From the NCBI GenBank assembly GCA_965202585.1, contig OZ241831.1, positions 37,386,001-37,450,000 on the forward strand: 64,000 bases of DNA. Direction: 5' to 3'. The translations under genes were made by a program, and so were the position numbers. This DNA is from Thalia democratica (lineage: Eukaryota). The notes under the pieces were generated by a model. It was not told the origin of the DNA, searched no databases, and was given only the letters and a program-made list of their open reading frames with translations. Each line of letters starts with the position of its first letter. Position 1 is the first letter of the stretch. Of this stretch, positions 37,043 through 50,000 are shown in pieces.

Positions 37043-37935
37043 GGCAAATAAAACAGATAAGTTTTTGTACAATACCCGGTTACGTTTTCTGAATAAATAT
37101 TTTAAAATACTTTGTTGAACTTCAATCGAAATAAAATTGCTGCTTTTTACCCAAACTAAATCTTCTTTATATTACATTTTCTCAACGAATGTTTTAATTA
37201 TCAAATTGAAACTATTGCTGCACCTTGAAACTTTAAAAGCCTAGCTTTCAGGTTCGTATTGTTCTTTTCTTAAACTATTTTATATATTTAAGTATTATAA
37301 AAATGGTTTAACAAAAGTTCAATTATATATTTTAGTGAGAAGAGACTAAAGTAAATATATTTCTTAACTTAGATTAAAACTTATTGAATGTTTTATTTTC
37401 TCTCAATATTTTAAGTAAATTCTTAAGTTAAAATCTAATTTCTTTGACTATTAGTTATAATTTTTCAAAATTTTTAGTTTATTCGAGCACTGATTAGCTT
37501 ATTAAGCGAAACATTATTCGTAAAATAAACTTTAAAATTTTTGTAATTTTTTTTCTTTTTTTATAAAACGGAAATCTTTAACTTTCCCAACGACAAAAAA
37601 TAAAGTAATTGAAAAAATGTGTAGTAACTACTTTGGTCATTGAAAAAAGTATTATTATCTTAAAACCTGAACATGACATTAAACTGTATCCTGGTGTATG
37701 ACTCGATAACCGAAAAGTTTTTTCGTTCACCAGATCTTTGGAACAATTTTTTATGTTGTTTATAGTCATTATATACAATGACTATAAACAATCACACTGT
37801 TATTAATGACTACACATTTTTGTTTCTTTTTATTTAAGACAAATCTAATAATTAGTATTAATTTGAAGTAATTTAAAAATTTTGGTACTAGCTCTTTAAA
37901 TATTTATTTTAAAGTATTTTTCTATAATTACTAAC

Positions 37936-38037
37936 TATAGTAGAACCTGAACAATTAGGCATAGTAGACATCATGTTTTGATTAGCTATGGGAGTAGAGA
38001 ATCCAATATGTTGCGGTTGTGTTGGGGAATGCAGCAT
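37936..38037 (-). CDS. Pax1/9: Candidate first coding exon of Pax1/9 copy A
   Basis: ATG-initiated MLHSPTQPQHIGFSTPIANQNMMSTMPNCSGSTI with a GTTAGT donor, conserved in position in copy B. It ends phase 0, whereas the paired exon needs phase 1 or 2, so the link is unresolved. Confidence 0.4.
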
Positions 38038-41000
38038 TTTCAAACTTTTGTCTCCTGATAAGTTTAGTCATTAGGTTCAGAAATTCGACTGAAGAATTTT
38101 TTCTAGACGAAATAAATATCATACATTTTTTGTTTATATGTTAGCTTTTTAAAATGAGCTTTTAAAAATTTAGTATAATTGAAAATATTTCCTTTTAAAA
38201 AATTTTTTTAAGTATGCATTGAAATTAGTTTTTTGCAAAAATATGTTAAAACAAAACTATACTATTAAAACAAAAGTTTTAAACGTTAAAGTTTACTAGT
38301 TAAATATAACAAATTAAATTAAAATATATAGAATAAAAAGTTAATATTAATTGAATTCACAAGTCTAATCTTTTTTTTTGTTAACTTACTTTATGAAGAC
38401 TTCCGAAGATCCTTTTAGTTCTCGGTTGCTAAAGTTATAGTATTAATCAATTTCTTATTTTGGAATGTGTGAAATTGCCTTTTTTACTTTGTTATGTCTC
38501 TCAATCCTTTTTTTTTCTTGCTCGCTCAATTTGTAAAATAAAAATAAAGATTCGTAAAGCTTTAAATAAGTTTAACTTAACATAAATTTCAAACAAATCT
38601 ATAAAGTTTTAATGCAACTGTAAAACACAAAATAAACAGCACATTAGACAAGTTAAAGATTTATAATAAGTCTTATGAAGTTTTTTCCAGTGAATACACA
38701 AACTATTCTAAACTATTTTAATTTAACCCGGTGAATACAAAGCTAGGTGTTACTAAAAATGTTTATAAAGTTAAAAGACATTATTAATAAGTAACTTTGT
38801 TATCTTTTATTAAATATGTTGCTCAAGATACTAAAAAAAGCACTTCTAACAAACACTACAGTGTTTAACAAGTCAAAACAAAGTTTTACTCTAATAAAAA
38901 ACTAGTTGATTATGAATGACATGTTAATAGTAAAACTATATTGTAACTGCATTATTCTTTTTAAACACTTTTTAAATACATTTAACTGTTATCCTCAACT
39001 TGCTTATGTAGTCTGACTTTTGTTTTATTTAAACACAACCATTCTTTTGAAAAGTAAATTCATTAAAGCTTGCTATCTGTTTAAAGAAACTTAAGCAAAG
39101 TTTACTACAAGTTCTACGTAGGCAATTATGTAAATATTTCCATTCTCAAAACTTGAACTAGCTTTCAGTATTAGAAACAAAGACTAATTTACATCTCAAT
39201 GCAAATAAAAGATTATCAAAAGGCGCCAAAAACTGCCAACATATATAAAAATTGTTGATTACTATTTTACCAAAATCTGGTTATTCAATCTAAACGACAA
39301 AATACTTAAAAGCTCAAATGTAGTTGTTATTAAGCTTTAAATAATCAATCAGTCAAAATTTACTGATATATAGTTCGTGGAACTTTTCTTTATTTTTAAA
39401 GAATTCTAAAAAATTAGATTAGTTTTTCTATTCACATTCCTACTCATTATTTATCATTTGTTCGATTTTATAAACTAACTTTAATTTGAATCAATCGACC
39501 TTCTAACCTTAATTCACAATAATTAAACAAACTTTAATATGTTTTATGTGTGTTTTTGGTTTTATATTAAAATAAGTTTACAAAAAAATATCTAAAACAT
39601 TTAAATATCAATGTTTTTGTCTAACACGAACTTCTAAAAATACAAAACGTTTTACCATAACAAAAGTATTTTCATAGTAATTTCGGAAAATCGACAAATT
39701 AAAAAACTCATTTAATTTTTATTTGTTTTTTCTAAAATATTTTTATTCAGTTTTAAATTAACAAAGTTTAATATTTAACAAAGTTTTAAGTTAACATATC
39801 TATTTATTATTTACAAAAGATTTTAAGAAGGATTAGTGAAAATCCACTTTAATTTTGTCACTTTTTTGCTGTTCGACATTAAAGCCTAACTTTTAGTAAT
39901 TTTAATTAGTTTTTTTTTTCATTTCTTTCACATTTAAATAAAGTTGACCATATAAGTAACTGATAATCATAAAATTAATCATAAAAGCTGAGTGAATATC
40001 CTATATATATTTTACGAGTTCAAAAGGAGGTCACGTTTTAATAGGTTATAATGATAAACCAAAACAAAATAAAACTATTTGTAAAAGAACTTAAAAGCGA
40101 AAAAAAGTTTGTTGAATTACCGTTATTTAGTAATCAGTTTGAGATAAACTAATACTCTTGCAAAAAAAATCAAACTAGTTAGATGAAACGATTTCTAATC
40201 TTTATAAGTGAATCAAAAGTCTCCTAACTGTAAACTACCTTCAGGTTTAAATGAAAAAAGTGAAACTTATGTCAACGTACTTGTAAATAGTGCTTTTTAA
40301 CAGTTTTTAATTAATCAAGATCAAAAGTTACATCAGTAGAATATTTTTCTAGGTTTTTATTAAGTTTGCTAACATATTTTGACTTTAGTTCTATTATTAG
40401 TATAATTAAGATAATAAAAGTTAATATTATGGTTTTTAATAATTTAATTTGTACTTTGCTACTTAAATAATTTTGTTAATAAACTAATTTAATCTAAATG
40501 TCTAATCGTTTCACCCTTTATACTTTATAAGGGTTTAGTGTACATTTTTTAAATCAAATCAAACGGTTGATTAAAAGTATGTATTCGTTTAAATATAGTT
40601 GATTACTCTTTAAACAATTTATCTCTAATATTAAGAAAAATAAACAAACGTACAGTTCTTTGAAAATTACACGTTCTATTTGATTGTTAATTAAATAAAA
40701 TAAATTGTTTTTATACTTAAAAAGAACCAAATATACAACGTAAGGAACACCTTATTTAACATTATTGTTTATAAAAAGCTACTTTTTTAGTTTACTTTCA
40801 AGTTTTATAATTCCTACTTACATAAATAAAAATAAAAATTTAACTGCCATATATACCAAACATGACTAGGTTATATAATAAATTCGTCAATAAAAATTTT
40901 TCTCAATATTTTTGAATTAATTTTAGTTCAACTGTTTTTAGCTAAATTAGGCTAGTTGTCATGATCACTAATTAAAATTATTTATAATATAATAAATAAA

Positions 41001-44000
41001 TAATAACATTAATATACCAAGCAATACGCAATTTTTTTATAAAAGCAATGTAAATAAAATGAAACTTAAAGGACAAGTTACAAGTTTTAGATACTGTTTA
41101 TTAATCGGATTAATTTAACTTGAAAGTTTTAATACCTTTAAAATTTCAATCTTTATTAGTTACGCATCAGTAGATGTTGTTGCTAGAGTACAATTAATGT
41201 AAAATTTAATATATTGTATTTTGAATCAACAGAATACTTATACTTCTCTGTTTCTAGAAAAAAAACCGCTTATATTTGATATTAGTCTAACAATAAGTGT
41301 TTTACACTTTGAACGTGAATATTTTTTTGTGATAAAATAATCTACTTGAGTTTGCACAAACAACTTGAAAAAAATTGCTTTTTTTTTTTTGAATAAATAA
41401 TTGATTTTGAAAAAATATATATATACGTGTACAAGTAATAATATTACTATAATCATATTTTTTAAATGTAAGATAAATAACTATTCACATATAACTGTAT
41501 ATTAAAATTTCGCTTATTAACGTCATTTAATAAAATTGAATTGTAAACTTTCAATCCATTCATACATATAAACGAATTTTTTTCACTTGTAATATTTCAA
41601 AAAGTTCTTTAAATTTTGAAGCTTTACTTTGATGAGTTCAATACTTATTACATTGGCTATTATTCAACATTCAAAGCTTACAGCTAAAGGTAACCATTAA
41701 AAAACAATACGCAAAGCTTTAACGTTATAAAAGTGTACGAATAACCAGTTCTACGGAAACTAAAAGAAATAAACTGCTTGGATTTACTGTATATTATGTA
41801 GGTTTGTTTTTAATATTTTTTATAAAACTCAAAATCAGTTATATGAAAAAATTTACTTAGTATAATAAGTTTGACTAAAGTATTGATATATCTAAAAACT
41901 TTTATTTACATTATTTATCAATCGTACAAAAGCCATGGCTTTTATTTTTAATCAACATTTTGAATTAAAGCAAACAAAAGAGTTCATAAAGTAAGGTATA
42001 ACAATAAAACTAGCAAAATATATAATGTTACGTTATTTCGTAATGATAAATTATCAGTTTGTCTTTGAAGTTAGACAGTTTACAAAGCACTTTAAAACAT
42101 AGACAATTGTTTATTTAATTTTACATTCTAGTTCTTGGCTACGAGCTCAGTTTATGGTCAATTGAATCTTTATGATTTGTTGATTTTGGTGCTTATTTAG
42201 TTAAAGTTTTTTCAATTGTTTTTCTATAAATCTTTTTGTGTATTTGTTTAGTTTCTTTATCAAAAAATTTTATAATTTAAATGTAGGAAATATTTTATAT
42301 TCTTATTATTGTAAAAATTTAATTTTTAATTATACTGTAAAAACTTTTTTTGATATTTTTAAAGTCAATCTAACTAAGATCTCGGATGGTGTTGTAGTTG
42401 ATTGTGTGAAGTCCATTATTTATTATTAGTCAATCTAAGTTACCTTACAACAAAAATATTGTAAAGTTAAACGACAAACAGAGATTTAAAACAATAGATG
42501 TTGGTTTAAAATTTAATTGTTACAAACAGCAATCATTAAACTTTTTTGTATCGAAAACTTTGTTAAATTAAAACTTCAAGTAAAATAATTGTTTCTACAT
42601 TATCACCACAAGTATATTGATGAGTTATTTTTGTTTTAGTGCTATACAAATAACTATATATTTTTATCTTATTTATACACGTTAATATTTGATTATCTCA
42701 TTAATTAACGACTTAAAACTGTAAAATAAAGCTATATAAATAAAGTTAATAGTCAGTTTACGTAATTTTAATACAGCTTTACACAACTTTAACAATAATT
42801 ATTTATGTTAAAAGAAAAACCATATTAAGGAGTTGAGGGAAGTTCTTTATTACATGCTTGCCACAGTTAATTTATTTTAGAAACTATAACATAACGAAAA
42901 TTATCTTTTTTAGAAAAGTTTAAGTTTATGGAATATGTGAAAGTCAGTTTAAAACAGTTGATTATCTTAAACAAACACTTAAGCTGAGTGCTGTATGTTG
43001 TTTTTTTAATCTTAAAAAAAATTCAGTATGGTTATTTAGTCGAATCGACAAACTTTTAAAACTTAAAAAAATTTTTTAGTTCATTATTCATCTATTCAAG
43101 ATAAAATAACTATGTATTGAGTTAGAGAATACTTAAATGTGTTTTAAGTAGCATAAGTAATGAACAACTGTTTATTTAATCTTTGAAATAAAAATTTAAA
43201 TGTTTTTCATGTTAGTTATCTCATCATAAAAAGAAAAAAAACATATTAAGGGTGCGGCAAAGATAAAAATTGTTATTTATGTTATATATTTTATGTAAAG
43301 TTAGCTTATTAAAATCTAAATTATAAGACAAACAATCGGACTTATAAAACAAGTTTTTTATTCTCAGAAATAAAAGGTTTAGCTAAAATAAATGACTGTA
43401 ATATTGTTGAGATGACATTTTATTCGTAAAGATTCTATTTTTACTCCTTAGTTGTTTTAGACTTCGCATTTTCGTACAAGTTTATCAAAAACAGTAAATA
43501 TTTTCGACGCAATTGAAGGATATACTTTAGCTTTATACGTAACAAAAAGTCTAAGAAAAGGTAGTTAAATGATAAAATCTCATACGGTGTAACAAAATGA
43601 CTAATAATAGAAAAAAACTTTTATTTTCAAAATAAAGCTGACAACTTTCTTGTACACAACGTTTTATTAAAACTTCGAAAAAATAAAAATAAAATGCAAA
43701 CTGTAAAAGTTTTATTAAATATTTAATAAGAGCAATTAGACATTTTAAGTAGTTATAACAACGTTTAAATGCTTTTAAAAATTGTAAAATGTACTCTCTG
43801 TATATTTTAGTAAAAATACTGTTGATTTTCACTTGAAAATTATTTTAGCAAAATATGTGACCGATATTGTTGTTTATAATAAATATAAAGATATATGTAT
43901 ATATATATATTTTTAAAGTTATAATGTTAACATTTTTTTGTTATAAACTAAACGTATATACATGCTTAATAATTATATACAAATTCGCAAAAAAAATTGC

Positions 44001-47000
44001 TTATACGTTTATAAAAAATAAATTTTCACTAAAGTAAAATAGTTGCTAAAACTAGAAATTTAAAATATTAAAACTGGGTTTTAAATGATATGGAGTTTTT
44101 TAAGCATTATTTTAAACAACTATAATTAATATAATTAGTTAAGTTCGTATTAAGTATGTTTTAATAAAAAAATTAATAAACTCTGTGAACTAATATGTAT
44201 CAAAGAAATCTTAATAATACATCACTTACAAAGAATAATATCATTGTAATTTCTTGAATCGTGTTCCCACGCAAAACATTATCAAGGTGCTTTCTATTAA
44301 TCTTTTGATTCATTCAGATTTGTATGTTTATCTCAAAACTAGAAGACAAGCTTCAACTGATGTATACAAAGTAAATAAGCTAAATAGCGAGTAAGCTTAT
44401 TGTGATTCAGTAAGCGTATTAAATTGATAAGATTCACATTTTATATTCTAGAAAGTATCAATTATTTTTGCTTTGTATATAAAAAAACTAAATCTACTTT
44501 TACAAGCACTAAAAAATAATAACTAAATTATTCTAACACTAATAGAATTTGCTATGCATAAATGTTTTTTTTTGAGATTAAACACAAACTTTTTTTTATT
44601 AACAATTTAAGCTACTTTAATTTTTTTTAATTAAACATAATAACCGAATTACTGAAATCATTACTGAATCGTTTCTTAAGAAAATCAACGAAAATAGTAT
44701 ATATTTAAAATTTTGTAGAGAAAAAAACTAATTTTAGTCGGTAAGAATCCTCTTTGACTAATAGTCAGTTGATGTTTGAATAATAAAAGTTTTATTAATA
44801 ACAACTTATTTTTAAACAGTCAATAAACAGTTATATATAGGACTTATTTTTCTCAAACATTTATTATCTATTAACTGATTTAACTATTTTCTTACAACAA
44901 ATAATGTTCAAGTATACGTTTTCCAATTATTTAAAAACCTTCAAAAAACATTTTTGATGTGAAATTGAGTTACATCACTCAGTAGTAAAGAATTGTTCTG
45001 AGTAAAGTAAAATTTACGAAGGATTAAAACAGTTTTTTATTTTAAATTATAGTATAGTTATAACCACTAACCAGTTGCTACTTAAATTTATAATGTTTTA
45101 CATTGTGTTTGTAAACTTCAAAGGCTTATTCAGACGTACCTGAGTTAATAATAGATTATATTCTTAAGTTGTTAAATACTACCTGAATCTAAAAGTTTAA
45201 TTATGCTAACTAAACGCAATGTTTATTTTTATTTTATACAGAATAATTTTAATATATAATGCAGCTTTTCTACACATAATTAACTGCATTCCACCAAAAG
45301 TAAGTAGTGGAAGAGTCTGAATGGTATTATCATATACTGTATAAACTATACTCAATATTTTATCAAAAATTAAAACATGACAAAACTTATATAAATTTTT
45401 AATTTTATTTGTGTTTAGTTGCTTTTGTATAACTGTTATATTAAAACTTGAGCTAATTCTCATCAGGACGGGTCCGGTGACGGGCAAAGGCTTGCCGGCT
45501 TCTGAATTACTTTTTGCTTGTCAATTTGTTTAGTATATATAAAAAAAACAGTTATTTTACTAAAATCAATAAAGTATTGAAAAATTAAAGTTTAGAGAAC
45601 ACAAAACATTGTGTTAAGGATAAATCTAAAACATTGTTAAAATTAGTTTTTAATGAAATCGTATTTTAAAGCCTATACATTTCAACTGAATGTAAATAAA
45701 AGTACGTGTTTTCAAGCATTTCATATAACTGATATTGTTTTTATTTGTTCATTACAAATAATATTATTATATGAGAACATAATCGCATTAATGATAAATC
45801 ACGTATGCAATACTTGAATATTTAAGTTTAGCAAAAATTTCCGCTATTCAATCTTCCAACTACTATGATTGAGTATCACTGTCATTTAAAGTCCGAACTT
45901 GTCAAATTAATTGTTGAAGTACTTCCGTATGTTAACTATTATAAAACATTTAAATACATCACTTAAGAGAAAACAATATTGTTTTAACTGGACTAAGAGC
46001 TTTTTTACATACTTTATATAAATTAGATGTCATTGTATTTATTTAAAAATATATAAACCATTTTTATTAAAAAAAAAACTTTATAGTTTTTTATTAATGA
46101 AGAAGGTAACAGAATTAGCTTAGAACACAGTATAAATAGTTCCAAAGATTTAAGAACAGAAAGGTATAAATGTTTTCAATGAAAATTACAAATATATGTA
46201 TAAACAAGTTTTAAAAAATCAGTATAACTTCTCAATCTGAAGAATCAAAACTTGTACCTACAAGAATCTTGTTTCCTTTAATAAGCTTTAAAAATTTGAA
46301 ACTAGAAGTAAAATGCGGACTATATATTTTCTTGTTTCTAAAAAAACTTTAAATAGCATGCTCGTAAAGGTATTATTACAATTATTTTTTTAGTTTAAAC
46401 AAATTAATTTATTAGATATTTATTAATTATATGTTTTGATTTTTAGAAAACAACATTTTAGATACTTATTTATTGTAATAATTTCAAAATTATAAGTTTT
46501 AACCGGCCAACTAAAAAGTCTCTTTCTTATAAAAACTAAAAAAAGATAAAACGAAATAGATTCAGTCTAATTAGGACAAAAATAAATGATTAATAAAAAC
46601 CTGTCGTTTATATTCCGTTAAGAAAAGATTATTATTTTCAAATTCAATGAAATTTTTAACAAATAACTGTTCAAAAACATGATAATTGTATTTTTGTTGT
46701 TTTTTTTTTTATGAAACTTTATTCCACTAGTTAACAAAAAAACTTTTAGTTTTATGATATATTTCAAACTGGTTGTCATGATACTAAATATTTTTTGATA
46801 AAAACTTTTGATTTCTGATAAAAGTTAAAAGAGCTGCGCACTCATTAAAATAAAAAAAAATTAGTTAGTCATACTAGAGTGTATAAACAGTTAATTAAAA
46901 GATAAAAATAATATCTTGATTTACTCTTTTTTAAGTTTATTAAAATAAATTTAACATAAAAAGTAAACCTTTAGCCATATCACCACACTTTTTACTGATG

Positions 47001-50000
47001 TTTTATAAGCCTAAGTTCAAAAAGTTACATTTTAGGGAAACGAATAGATTTGCCACAAGTATTGTATACCGCCTTTTAATGTAAATTTTGTTTTCTTTTA
47101 GCGGCCTTTTAACTTATTTAACGAAGATAAAACACTGATTTATCTGACTAGTCGGGTTTTTTTGGCAATAACATCAGTTTACAAAAGACCAGTGAATCAA
47201 TAACCTTTTTGTAGTTTTTAATTATTAAGGGGCAGGATTTTTGGCGCAGATTAGCTATTAGATTACATTTATCATAGATAATTTTGTATTTAGTAGTACT
47301 TTTTATTTAAAATTACGTAATAAAACTACATTTTATTGATAATAAAACTATTAAACGCTTTTCTTTGTTATTTGAGTAAGCTAGTGATGTTTATTTTGCT
47401 GATACAAAATAAGTATTTAGTCAAATTATATTAATATATTAAGTCTTTCGACGTCGATAAAAAATTTATACTATATTAAATACATTTGAAAACCTTATGA
47501 CGTTAAGATGTATATTATTTTTATTTATTAATATTTGTTTTTATATATTAATTGAATGACACTCTTCTTTAAATTGTTATTTTTCCGTTTCTCGTCTAAG
47601 GTTTTTTTTTTCTAATTTTCTGATATTTGATGCGGATATGGTATATTTAATATAGTTAAACAAGTTGTATTATTAAATGTTTTTAAATTCAAAAGCTACA
47701 ATCATATTTATTCTAATTTAAAAATTTAATAATCAAAATTTATAAGGATTCAAGATTATCAACTTTAGCTTTTTAAAGATAGATATAAAATATGAACTTC
47801 CTAAAATATATGTTAAAACATTCTAAATAACGACTAGCTAACCTATCATTTGAAATCTAATAATTAAAAAAGTTCAATTTTGTTATATTTAGGATGAGTT
47901 TATTTTAAAACTGTTTTAAAATGGCATTCAGCTTCGTTATGAAAGTAATTAGGTTATATTACTCTTTATACCAATAAAATATTATTTGTGCTATATTGTG
48001 TATTAAGTTAGATGATCAACAATTTAAAAATAATCACAAAAGAAAAATTAAAGTAATTTTCTATTAGCTTGTCTTAACCTAATATGCAATATGTAAACTT
48101 TAAATACCTGAGTTTAAGAATAAAAAGAAATTGTTTAAGAATTTTAACAAAATACTTTAGATAGGTTTTAGTCAATCATGTTTCAACAATTTTTTCTTTG
48201 TTATATTTTTGTACTTATTATTAAGATTTATTCGTAGTCAAATGATTTAGTTCTGTAAGGTTTTAAATTTACTTTAAAACAAAAACTGTTAATGACAAAA
48301 CTTGAATAAAACAACAAATTACTACTAAACAAAGACTAAATTACAAAGAAAAACAAGCAATAACAGAAGCAGATTCTTACAAAAATCAAAAAAGCCACGC
48401 TTTGTACTTTGGTATATTTTGATTTATTATAGACTTGGGGTAGGCTTAATAACAATTATTTTAAATCTTTTAAACACTTTGCCATTCAACTTGAATTTTG
48501 TGTCTGTAGTAAACATCTGATCAATTATTTTTATTTAGTTTGTAAAATAGGCGCCAATTCTTAATCTTTTATTTGCATTCAGGTGTAAATCAATCTTAAC
48601 TTAAACTAATTTTCGAAATTATCATAGTTAAAATTTTAAAGTCTACTTCTACTGGTTCAATGTTCCTGTAATATTTTCCCGTTTAGTTTTTAGTCGGATT
48701 TCAATTATTTCATTTAAAAAAAATTCTTAGTTACTTAAATTAAAATATAAAACACTTATCTAAAATACAACTTTTTAAGACATTATTTTAAAGACGAAAT
48801 TATTAAGGTATTTTTTTTATAATGTATAAATTAAGAAAACAAAAATTGTGAAAAATCACAAAAATTATTTCTCAAATTACGTACAACTATACAAAAGTTT
48901 ATTTTGCCTTGTTTTTATTTATTTTATTTACTGTTAATTATACAAATTGTTTAAATTAGCTTTGTAAATTTCAGAAACATCCATAATAAAGATGCATAAA
49001 ACCAAACAAATCATACTAGATGTTGTTACAACTTTGATTATTAATTGTGACTTAAAGCTCAAAACTAGTTTGCTAAAATTTTCAAAATTTTTTGTTTATA
49101 ATAATTCATTTTTTTCCTGTTAGCTCCGTTATATTTGATTCATTTATGTATTATATTTTTTATGAACGATTAATGTTTTCTTCAGTATTTAACTCATGTT
49201 TTTTTTTAATTTACTACTGTTTGCAATTTATTGAGTTTATAGGAGATACTTGTTAAAACTATATTAATTTATTATCAAATTATTTGAAACTTAAAAATTT
49301 AAATAAAAGATATTTTTCAGTTAACGTTTTTGAATAGATTGGTTACCATAAATTTTAAAATTTGATAGTTTCAATTTATCTATATCGTTTTCTTGAATGT
49401 TTAAAGTAGTAGAACGTTTGTCTACAGAAATCAATAATTCTATGTTTAAGAACTTTTTTTTTTTAATTTCCTCGAAACTGTTCAATTTTCAGTACAAAAT
49501 GATTGTAGATTTAAAAAAAAAACATGTCGCTTTAAATTTTTTAATTTTGTAAATAAAAAGGTGCACGTTATTATACAATATAGCGCAAAAGCTACTACAT
49601 ATCACTTTTTATATTTTATGCTGCGTAATTTTAGTTTGATATTTAAAAAGGAGGGTACAAAAAAAAACATTTATTTTTACAAATAAATCTTAAAAGTCAC
49701 GTTCGTCTTTCATTGCACCTACTTCTGTATAATAGCTTATGTTGAAAGATACTTAAATTTTCATCAAGTTATACAAAAGACCAAATCTCGTAAATTGTAC
49801 GTAAAATATTCTTTACCACATCAAATAAAATTATATATTTTTAATAAATGAAATGAATATCATTGAAAAATAGTTAAAGTAGTCGATGTTTTGCACGCAA
49901 TATTCAACTTAAAAAAAATCTAAAAGTATAATATTTTTAAATTTTTGTTTTAGTCGTATCTAATGAATGCTAAAAAATTAAGTTTTAACAACCAAATATT

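Larger units (their letters stand above)
20523..44160. repeat. Tandem unit A (~23.6 kb) of the Pax1/9 duplication
   Basis: 20.5-42.95 kb aligns colinearly with 44.2-64.0 kb (offset 22093 bp at the paired exon). About 10% divergence in the one intron segment counted. Confidence 0.9.

Noticed and set aside
37667-37781. Possible bridging exon (phase 0-1 in A; 59757-59899, phase 0-2 in B)
   Set aside because: The GTTTTA donor is weak, and the shared sequence is read in different frames in the two copies.
45466-45505. GC-rich patch (partly shared with ~21865-21890)
   Set aside because: Too short to classify, with no TIR, TSD or ORF support.
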